DNA of 64,000 bases. Origin: Phoronis australis (Eukaryota; Animalia; Phoronida). Numbering within the stretch: position 1 is the first letter of the stretch; every line of letters begins with the position of its first letter. The notes under the pieces are model-generated. The model saw only the letters and a list, made by a program, of their open reading frames with translations, did no database searches and was not told the origin of the DNA. Location of the stretch: positions 1 through 64,000 of the forward strand of contig NMRA01000870.1 in NCBI GenBank assembly GCA_002633005.1, read 5' to 3'. This document shows, in pieces, positions 48,691-58,591 of the stretch. Both the position numbers and the translations under genes were made by a program.

Positions 48691-51058
48691 ACCTACCTCT
48701 AAGACGAGATTAACTGATCTCGCCCGAAGATAAAATTGTAACCATGTCATTCATTGGCTTGAAAAAGGCATTTTCAAATCCGAAGGACTTCAAGTACGAA
48801 CGAAAACAAGAAAACGGGCGCACTTAAAGTCCTTCTTGCAAACTGCCCATGTGGTTCCAGTATCCGAAAATACTTACTACATAAATTCTTATTTTCGACA
48901 CCCTTTCTTTATATTCTTTTCGCCTTTCTTGCCAAAAGCGATTTTTAACAGTATCTGACCCTTCTCTCTGAGCATGTGATTACCGGTTGTCATCAGTTAT
49001 TTCCGTACCCACATTTCCGGCTCATCAGTTCAGGAACTTGTCCTGAACGCCGCCATTTTTTTCCTTGTAACTGAATGTGCTATGGCTTGCTCGAAAAGTC
49101 TTCATTATTTTGTTTTATTAGTAATATATCGTGATTCGTTTGCATATGTAGTGTATAGTTTGTAGTTAGTGGTCGTTGATTTTTTTTGGAACGTTACGCG
49201 TACTGAGTATGTTAAAATAGCATTGGTGTTTAGTTCCTTACGTAGGCGGGTCGAACCTAGGAACCAATATGGGTCGAACCAATTTTTTTCGGTTTTATTT
49301 TTTTCCACGTTTTGAAAAAGTACTTTGCTATCATCGGAAAGGTAGTACATTCTACTCATTAAAAATCGAAAAAGTATCAAAATCGGGGCAAGCACTGTAA
49401 AGTTATTGCAAGTTTTGTGGCGAAATTTGGGTCACTTTGTTTGGATCGCGTAGGCCATATTGGAGGACAGCGGGATGAGTTACGAGTTTAAAACTTTGTG
49501 TAAATTGTTTTCGACAACAAATTACGGTGAAATTTAGTTAGACATATCTTTACTTACTGCACGATTTAGCAGTGTTCACCAAATTTCAGCCTCGCAGTTG
49601 TTACTCATTAAGTGATAAATGTGCTCACAATTCCCGTTGGACTTCGTCTCATTTCTGGCGGCACCGACAACACGGCGACTTTTGCTGAACTGAAAGGCAT
49701 GTTCAATCGGCCACTTTGTAATTTGTGAAGATTNTCACTCAGAAACTCGCAATACTCTCTTTGTCAAACCTTATCTTAAGACGATTTCCAAAGCAATCCC
49801 GTCATTATTGCCAACACGAAAAACGGATTTGGTCTTTTGGGCATTTGAAGACTATTTTAAATACGACAAATTTGTTAACAATTGATGACACAAAATATAA
49901 AACGTGTAATAAGCATTACGAAAAGAAGTAGGTTTCGCGCGCAAACGCTGTGGACCATAAACAAGTAGGTCTTTTAGTATGAGATTTGTAGTTAATCGTG
50001 GTGATGTAGTGGTAACGCACGCGCTCTCTATCCGCCGGCAAACCCCCCTCCCGACCTCCCCCCCATTCGGTGCTGTGCGCATCTACAACCGTGGTTCAGT
50101 TTGCAAAAATGCTTACAGCCGGACAAAATGTCCAAGTTAGCACTTGATGACTCCCTTATATTCTTGCAACAAACTTGAATAAAAACCTGAAATTTCGAGT
50201 TCTAACTCGAAATTTTAGCCTTAATGTTGGGTTTTATCAACTGCAAACTAGGACTAAAAATTGTCCTCGTAAGTCATTATGTACTCGAGCATAGAATAAT
50301 AGACATTTATCTTGAATTCGCAAAACAGTCAGTAGAGTAGAAAACTCCAAACATAATTTCGAGTTCCATTTCAAGTAAACATATTAGAACCCGGGTCCTG
50401 AACACTTTGAACGCAAATTGCGCATGTGTATTGAAATCTTTAGTCATATATCACAGAACGTTCCCTGAAAAATTCTAAATTTTCAAAGGTCGGAGTTAAG
50501 AGTCTTCTTCAGAAATTTTCATTTTTTGAAAATGGGGCCGAAGTCAACCTTGTCCCCCTACAAAGTCGTATACATGAAAGACTAATCGGAGTGTGTTTTT
50601 TACAGGGCTATACAACCATCATAGTTCCCTTTCATGTAAAACGGTGTCGCTGATGAGCCACGTAAAAGGTGCGGACGGAAAGTTATGTGCTCGGCTGTTT
50701 GCAGCAAGTGGAATATATAGATCAAGTCACAAACTTCAAAAAGTGAGACATTCACCTCGCAGCCTGGCGAAGCACTCAGCCCCGTTCATTTCGTGCGGAC
50801 GTGAGCTATGAGCTGGGCCCTTTGGCGTTCGAAGCGTTTATCTCTCGGTCTGTGGTGGTTCTATGACTAACTGCGATACCGCCAGGCATATTCTTCTGTC
50901 AGAAGCGCCACCTGGAAAGCGTCGATCGCTTGAATAGAAGGTGTTGTCACGTGACTTTCAGTTTAAAGGGCGGAACAATGATTATTTCTTCACAGTTTGT
51001 GCGTTCTTGCCCAACAGGTGAAGAGCAACACGCCAGCGGCAAAATTAAGCTCATAGAG

Positions 51059-51105
51059 ATGAAGGCGTTGTTTAAACTTGTCACGGTGGTCGTTTTGATC
51101 GCTAG
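51059..51105 (+). CDS. SAARP-like gene, exon 1 (signal peptide)
   Basis: ATG AAG GCG ... GCT AG|GTAAGT; MKALFKLVTVVVLIA. Confidence 0.8.
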
Positions 51106-54100
51106 GTAAGTTTTTCATTTGAAAAACGTTTCCAGTGAGGGAGGGCTGAAACTGCCTGGCCAATTATTCCAGTTAGTCGAAGTAAAGCACGGGTCATGGT
51201 TATACGTAAGTAATCATCGTGATCTCAGAATAGAATTCTTAGTTGCAAATTATTTTTTTCAAATTCATTCTAGTCGTAAACTGGAAGTGATGGACGTTGC
51301 CAGTCGTTCACGTTATCCGCACGAATCAAACCCGCCTCGCCCCCGGCACTTCAACTGAAAACCTCCCAAGTCAACTCCTACGTATCACGTTCCTTCAGAT
51401 TTCCTTGTTTATTTTCGTTGATTTTTACTGATTATTATTGAAAATAAATTTAAAATTAATGAAAAATACTTCGGAATTTATTTCATTCAAGTTTTGTAAA
51501 AGTTGGTATTTTTAGAATTGATGCACGTGCTCTAGTTTATCAATGCTGCATGATTACGTCCATTAAGGTCTCCATGACAACATATTCGTCGACAGTACAC
51601 CCCTACTCACATATGGCTCTGCCGGGGTCAGAAATCAGTGTATCAAATTACTGGGCCCCACAGGAACTTAACGTTGAATGAAATGACTAGTCTCGCAAGT
51701 TGTCTGGTTCTGCTTCTCAAAATTGTTATGATTTTTTCTTTCCTTCCATTTAACGTGAGTGTAATCAGTTTAACGCCTGTGATGTAACTCTTTCCAGCAA
51801 CCTTTATCTAATTTTTTTCTTTTTGGGTATAGATGACTGAGAGAAACCAGAAAGTGAAATGTCCGCCAACGCGGATCTGGGAGATACATGCCTAAAAATT
51901 GTTCAAGAAGAAATACCTGTGGTGCGCGTAATCTGCTACAAACTGGTAGATGTTAGACACGTGACGTGTTGATGTTATTTAAGTATTGATTGAAGTGTTG
52001 AACATTTTAGTAAGTGCCTCCTATTGAATTTGCCCAGTTCATAATTGTATGGCTGCACAATGTACAACCTGGATTATGCCCATACGGTCATTAACCCACC
52101 GATGCCATGTCAATCAGTGCCTGCCGAGCCATAGAAGTAATCGATTGAAATGATCGTAATGTGCATGCACATGCAGTATCATTGACTAGCATAATGGCTG
52201 GTTCCAGAGCTCTTGAAATTACAGGTGTAAGTACATGGTCTCCCGCGTACTGTTTCCAGCTCAAGCTAATTTGTATGAGTCCAATAACAAGTTGCATAAC
52301 GGGTTGCAGGCCCGACTACACACCATCTGTCCCTTCCTACGAAAACAAAATATCGTGTACCCGTTCAATTTGTTTGCCTTGTTGACTCTGTGATTTTTAC
52401 CCACTTATGTTGAAGGTATGACAGTCTCCTTACCGATGGAAATGAATGGGGGGTACTACAGGAAACATCTTGTTGGTGGCTCTGCGATCAAATCAGATGC
52501 AGGTCGTCTGCCAATTTAACACCGAAATCACAACTTCTACTAATAACAAGAGGACGGAAACGAAATATTTTCCGGAATTATAAAACCTAAGTACGAGGAT
52601 GATCAGAAATACGATGACTACCATAAAACAACCTGTTTAGAAAACATTTTCTATTTTGTTGGCTCTTGACAATGGTGAATCTTAGTAAAAGGTCAACATT
52701 CTCAAAAATTCGAGCCCCCCATTTTTAAGATGGTGCGCGCATATCTTTACTTATACCAAGAAGAAAAACTAACATACGGCACCGCAGCAAGACACTGAGT
52801 AATCTACTTAACTTACCCGTGCATAGTCAGTCGTATGTAAATGGTATTTTGACAAAATAGCAGTCAGAAAAAATCCAATGGCTTTACAACAGCACAATTC
52901 AATTTTTGACTATCGTAAACCAGTAAAACATCAGCCAATTCCCAAATCAATTATTTAAAAGATACGTGAGTGATGTGGCAAACTGGGCTCAGACCCTACA
53001 AAATGGTGAGTCGAAATGAGGCATAGTTTGTGTGCAACGGAGGGGATAAATAATGGGGAAATGAAAAATTGCGCAGCTGGCGGCCTTACGAACACTTACC
53101 CGTCCAAAATCGTCTTTACTTCCTTCACAACTGGATGTTCAAAATTAAGGACTTTGTTGCGCGGGATTTCAACACTTATTAGGGTGTTTTAAAACATTGT
53201 AAAAATGTGTTATAAAGATGAAAGCAGTACCTACAGCGTAATGGTAACGAAATCCGTAAGCGAAGTCATAGAAATACATGTACGCACTAGTCAAAATCAG
53301 GAGCCAACTTGTACTCCCTCATTAAGATTTACTTCTCACTCGGAAGTGAGGTTTATTCAGGAACATCGTCGTTCTACTGAAGTGGTCTAAGCGTGGTTGA
53401 CAACTGGGAGTAATTAACTTGAGTAAACAAAATGCATAACAACGAACTAGAATAATTAAGTAACATTTGCAGTAAGGATACTGAATATATTGAAAATAAA
53501 TTTCTTCAGGACATAAGCGTTAGTCGGTGGCGAAGGCGAAACAAGCCGACGGCTGTTTTTCAGGCTAATCTCACCCATTATTTTCAGTGGCAGTGACAAG
53601 CAAACATTCAAGATGTTGTTTCGTGACATTTAAACCTTACAAACCATACGATTTTTTGGTTAGACAAATGAAATTGCACAAGTTCTCCATTGTGTCTGAG
53701 ACTGTAGAGTTATTACCGTACCGATCTCAATAAACTGTTTCGACTGATGGCAGTACTGAAACTCACTTTTTGTGTAGTAAAAACTGCAGTAAGAAATCTT
53801 TTATATTGCTCAATCACCCGCTCAATATTGTTCTTCACCGCAGTTATACTTCCATCAGGAACCTTGAAACAGTACCCTTTTTAAAAGTTCAGACAGTTGG
53901 ACAACGTTCTCTAAAAGTTATGTATTAAGTGCTGTACAATGAAGTGCCTACCTGGATTCAGCGCATACTGCAAACTGGGACCTGGGCTTCTATAAAACTT
54001 AAATCCAGCTCTAGTGTAAATGGTTGATATTTTCAATACATGTTTTTCAGTGCCGTTGGTAGAAAACCACCTAAAGACAGAGAAGCCAAACAGGGCGGCA

Positions 54101-57100
54101 TAACGTTGAAAGTTTTAGGTCAGTCAGGTAAAATCTCCATCAGACAGGACAAGCCACGTAAGAAGTCAATGGTTTTGGAGTTTGATGACTTGAGTAAGTA
54201 ATTTAGAAGGCAGTAACAGGACGAGACAGTGCGGTTGGGTACTTTTTTGTTGGATTACGGCTCAAAGTCGAGTTCGCGATCAAATAGCTGCCGCTTTTTG
54301 CGCTTTAGTAGTGCACTTGAATGCATTTTGTCGCAAGACGTCGCCTTGCATTTCGATGCAAAGGGATGTCTTGTGAGAAAATGGAACCGCAATAAAATGT
54401 TTCAAAAACTACTTCTACTAAGTATTTACAAATAGCTGATGTTTGATTGTAAATAAAAATCCAAGACTTCTTTTTAAACCGGGGATCAATTATAAAAATA
54501 AGCGAGCATTTTGAAAATCTACCTGAAAGTTATGAAAATGATTGAAATAAAAAGTATCGAAAATCGAAAGGCTTGAAATGGTCGATCAAGACTTGCCATG
54601 TGTTGAGGTCGTCTCGCATACCTCGCACGTTTGGCGCACAAAAATGAGCTTAAATGATTCTTAAGGGTGGTAATCACTAAATACATTAACTCCACGAAAG
54701 CTGAGATTTACTTTTAAGTTAAAAGCTACACATGACTACAATAAACAGAAAAGTTGTCTTCTGATCCAAAATGTTTATATTGTTTACTTAAAAGCTACAC
54801 ATGACTACAATAAACAGAAAAGTTGTAGTCTGATCCAAAATGTTGATATTTTTAAACATTTAAATCGAGTCATTTTATTTGATTAATGCGCAGACTTCTG
54901 TCGTTAAAAATTACGTCAGGGACAAGTCGGGTATGAGAGGGTGGAAGTTTAATCGTTGGCAAAAGTTTCTCGCTTGCCAACACTTGCCGTCGTCTAATTA
55001 TTCCGAAGATACAGATTAGTCAGTGAACGGCTACACAAACGTTTCGCAAAAAATATCATTTTGGTAATAAGTATACAGACGAACGGTTTCAAACATTCCT
55101 TTACACACCGATAATCTCTTGCAAATTTTATAGTTTATGTATTTATCCAGCACTGCGCTTGACACCTGTTGACAAGGGCGACTGCTATCGCAACTCGCGC
55201 CTTCTTCTGTTGCAATCACATGGTTTCGATGCCCCTTGGTATGCATCTCTCGCAGACCCACGCACTTATTGCGCGATTTGGCCTCGCGCGCGAATGAATG
55301 TTTAAGGACTCTATGAAATCCTTCTTCCATGACAAAAACTACATCTGATCCATGCGCGCACCCAGCCTAAAATATGAGGGGCTCGAATTTTTGAGAATGT
55401 GAACCTTTTACTAAGATTCACGGGGTACAAGACCGGGATCCCAGAGCTTTTTGGGCATTCCTTGGATACCTGCTACGTAACCCACCACTAAATTTGTTTG
55501 GCAGTGTTCATTCGTGATACCTGGGCTCACGGTGAATATTTTGCAACTGGTTTCATGCGGTTACCTCTTGGATTGATCTCAATTTTTTACCTTGTTTATA
55601 ACCGTCTGGCTGATACTCCCCACCACTGAAATTGTCAGGCAGTGACCGAATTTTGATGCAGTGGATTACGCAGTAGGTATCCAAGGCAGTTTAAGCGGTT
55701 ACCAGAAAAGTTCATTTAGCTCAATTTTTTAGTGTTCTCTTGGCTCCCCTGGCCACACCCAGTAGAGCGAACCTGTCAGACGGCCATTTCCAAGCATGAG
55801 GATACCCATAGAGCACTGTGGCACCAAAGAAAATTGGTTATCTTTTCATGCCCAAAAAAGCTCTGGGATCCCGGTCTACACGTTCAGAGCTATGAATTGT
55901 ACATTCACCGAAGTATGTTAGTTCTTGCCTTTTAGTGGACTTTTGTCTCATTTTCTACCTTTTTTCGGATTGTTTTCCTCTGAGGCGGACCTTTTTTGCC
56001 CACTTTGCCTGGCAAATAGGGGCTCGAGCATCCCCTCCCCCCGGTGCGCGCATGTGATCATGATTTAAACCACTTAATGTTAAAACAATGGTCTCAAATC
56101 AAGTTGTTTAAGTCAAATCGGAAATGATTTCAGGACTCCGACAAAGCTGTCAGTTTGTTACTGCCTGCTGTGTGGCCTTATCCGAGTTGACTTTTCATTC
56201 CGTCGGTGTCATTTTTTTCGCCGAGCACGATCTCGAGCCATAACGAACTATTGGTTCTTTGAAAGACCAAAAATCATTGGTCATCTGAAGTTGATTACAC
56301 ATAACACTATAGTACAGCATCCGAATGAAAGTGGTCTAAACCAAAAAATTTTCTTCTGGGATGGAACGCGGATACATGACAGCATATACCAAATCTTAAC
56401 TGAAGTCACGAGAATTCCCGTTTCAAATGCAGTATGGACATTATTGTTATATAACTCATCGAATGTTTTCTTGTTTTCAGCCGAAGTTGACTCGTCAGGA
56501 TCTGGCGTCGGGTGTTCCAGTCATTTCTATCGCACTTTCGCCAATACCGACTTCACCTTCATGCCCGTAGACAAGCCGGACACGGTCGACTTTCAGAATA
56601 TCAGTGCCTCCTACTTCAACTTTAGCGCCACGCTACGTTCAAACTCGACGCTTACGGCCCATATGTACATATTTAAAGAGAATGGAACTTACACTGTTAA
56701 TGATGAAGAGGTCAGTGTTTTGAAGGGAGACGTGAAGATGAATATTGAACTTGAGGACTGGCAGTTTTGTGGTAATGGACCGGGCGAGGACTCCAACTTC
56801 AAGAGCGGCCAGGCAGGTAATATACTTTAGACCCTTTCGTTTTTTCCATTCACATAAACTTTGAAGTCGCATTTATATGCTGTATAGGAGTAAAGATAGC
56901 GAGTTGGTTCTGGTTAACCATAAGGTATGAGTATCTGTGTTTTCACGAATTGCCGTGATTTTAGTGATATGAAATGTATTGTTGACCTGACCCCTCCCCT
57001 TTGAAAAAATTCTGGTTCCGCCCGTGAGGCTATAATACTCCCAGATGTTCAGTAATGCGTCACACGCTTAATATAACAATACAAGCGAAATCAACGGTTC

Positions 57101-58591
57101 TCAAGCGGACATACCAGTAAACGGTTGTGTAACGCCCGTCCAAATGATGCTCTCTTACAGGGAAGGAGATTAGTATTAAGCTTTCCATCAAAGGTAAAGA
57201 CGAAAAACACAAGCCGAGGAAACGCAAGGGCGGAGAGAAAAGGAAGAATGGTAGGAGACCTAACAAAAAAGTCCAGGAATATGATCTCGGCGATGACATG
57301 AATCTGGCTATCTCAACTAAGGTACATGTATCATGAAAATCGTTCTATCGCACGTACTAGACATTATTACTTGGAAGCTTGTGGTGTCTCGTTGGTTTGT
57401 CGCGTTTGTGTTGTCCATTTTCTCTTCGAAATACAACGTAGATCTTTTAATTGAGATCAGCTCTATTGGGTTTTCAGTGTGCAGTTTTCGCCCTGGAAGA
57501 GTTTTCAACAACACTTCCGTCCCGACACTGCAAGGACTAAGTAATAATGTAAGGTGAAGCTTACTAATTTGCAGTTAAGTCGTACCGCTGCAGTACAGAC
57601 AAACAAGTAAAATGCATTACTAAATAATCTCATCTTTTTGAAATTTTTTCACAACCAAAGGATATTTCCCGTCACAATAAACCAGTCTTCTGTCAAAAAC
57701 ATCTTTGATTCAAACCACTTCTATTTGGTCATATTTTGAGGTGATTCCTGGTTTAGGAAGAACTGGCGGTTTCACAACATTCCGAATTTGGTCTAAGTCG
57801 TAAGTAAAGCTGTCTGAGGGCAACCCGTTAATTCTTCCGGAAATCATTTGCAAAACTGTGCGTATATACGTTCTTGCAACATGGACAGCGCACCATAGGA
57901 GGCTGGGGGCTATAGCCCTGCCCCTCCCCCCAACCACCCACTTATTTCACTGCTGCTCCACCCATGTGCAAATTAGATACTCCAGAAATTGAAAGAGAGG
58001 TCGTATTTCGCAGCGATATTATCGTTTACGGCTAAAAAAACGTAATATGGGTTGTGTTGGGCTTTTTAAAGTTATCAGTTTTGATCAGAGCTACAAAATT
58101 TGTTGCGTTTTGTGATTTTCTAACAAATCACCAACTCTAGCAGTAGTCAGTCTGACACACACTGAAATCTAGGCTGGTCATACCTTGCCATTCATCGACA
58201 GGGGTGTAGCTCAGCCAGCAGAGTGCTTGACTGAACGTTGAGGGTTCGTATTCGCGCTGCGGCAAACATCAGGAAACCACTTTTCTCGCCGATAATGAAG
58301 TGATATTCTGTCCAGTTAATCACACGAGTCAAAACTAATGCCTATTCTCCTAATATTTCACAGGTTGTTGTGGATGGAAAAATCATGGAAATGGCTACCG
58401 CACCCTCCATGAGCACGCAGGGCTCCAAGTCCGTGATGTTAATCAACTTTCCGAAGGGTAAAAAGGTCGTTTACGACCCCACTTTCCAAGTGGCGGACCC
58501 ACCTGACTACACTCCAGACAACAGTGTCGCCACAGTCGTCTCCTCCGCCTTAGTAACCATGGTCTCTTTGGTGTCCACGAAATTGCTCTAG
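51059..58591 (+). CDS. SAARP/acidic-SOMP-like (skeletal aspartic acid-rich protein family) secreted, putatively GPI-anchored protein, 304 aa, 5 exons: join(51059..51105,54051..54193,56481..56816,57161..57321,58364..58591)
   Basis: GT-AG introns, phases 2,1,1,0, 915 nt open. MKALFKLVTVVVLIASAVG..ITLKVLGQSGKISI..VLEFDDLTEVDSSGSGVG..HFYRTFANTDFTF..FQNISASYFNFSATL..MYIFKENGT..GDVKMNIELEDWQFC..LSIKG[K/R-rich]YDLG..VVVDG..FPKGKKVVYDPT..DNSVATVVSSALVTMVSLVSTKLL*. The motifs LGxSGK, FDxLxEVD, YIF..G, KxNI...W.FC and FP...YDP are as I recall them for coral SAARPs. Confidence 0.85.
54051..54193 (+). CDS. SAARP-like gene, exon 2
   Basis: TTTTTCAG|TGCC...TTGA|GTAAGT; AVGRKPPKDREAKQGGITLKVLGQSGKISIRQDKPRKKSMVLEFDDL. 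Confidence 0.85.
54719..54845 (+). repeat. Short tandem duplication (~60 bp x2)
   Basis: TTAAAAGCTACACATGACTACAATAAACAGAAAAGTTGT..TCTGATCCAAAATGTT at ~54719 and ~54788. Confidence 0.7.
55351..56054 (+). mobile_element. MITE family A copy 3, with nested palindromic MITE at 55430-55877
   Basis: TSD TGATC at 55346-55350 and 56055-56059. The nested element has TIRs AGACCGGGATCCCAGAGCTTTTTGGGCAT / ATGCCCAAAAAAGCTCTGGGATCCCGGTCT and a 3-bp ACA duplication. Confidence 0.85.
56481..56816 (+). CDS. SAARP-like gene, exon 3
   Basis: TTTTCAG|CCGAAG...GCAG|GTAATA; corresponds to the C-terminal part of the 56291-56830 ORF. Confidence 0.9.
57161..57321 (+). CDS. SAARP-like gene, exon 4 (basic insert)
   Basis: CTTACAG|GGAAG...TAAG|GTACAT; KEISIKLSIKGKDEKHKPRKRKGGEKRKNGRRPNKKVQEYDLGDDMNLAISTK. 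Confidence 0.85.
57880..57966 (-). mobile_element. MITE family B monomer
   Basis: CATGG...CCATG ends with 5-bp TSD TGCAA (57875-57879, 57967-57971). Confidence 0.7.
58200..58263 (+). repeat. Decayed tRNA-derived SINE head
   Basis: TAGCTCAG (A-box) and GGTTCGTATTC (B-box-like); no complete cloverleaf. Confidence 0.4.
58364..58591 (+). CDS. SAARP-like gene, exon 5 (YDP motif and hydrophobic GPI-type tail)
   Basis: TTTCACAG|GTTGTT...TAG; VVVDGKIMEM...FPKGKKVVYDPTF...DNSVATVVSSALVTMVSLVSTKLL*. Confidence 0.85.
   Translation, partial: VVVDGKIMEMATAPSMSTQGSKSVMLINFPKGKKVVYDPTFQVADPPDYTPDNSVATVVSSALVTMVSLVSTKLL

Larger units (their letters stand above)
45104..50130. repeat. Long inverted repeat pair (45140-45701 vs 49735-50130), beginning with a hAT-like CAGTGGCGGATCTAGG end and containing a tRNA-like segment
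   Basis: 45471-45701 is the reverse complement of 49735-49970 with few mismatches; further matches 45400-45430/49995-50030 and 45140-45245/50040-50130. The right arm starts right after the N at 49734. Confidence 0.6.

Noticed and set aside
50650-50690. Additional hammerhead candidates (CTGATGAG at 50650; also ~33766, ~60972)
   Set aside because: No properly closed stem II followed by GAAA and a cleavage triplet.
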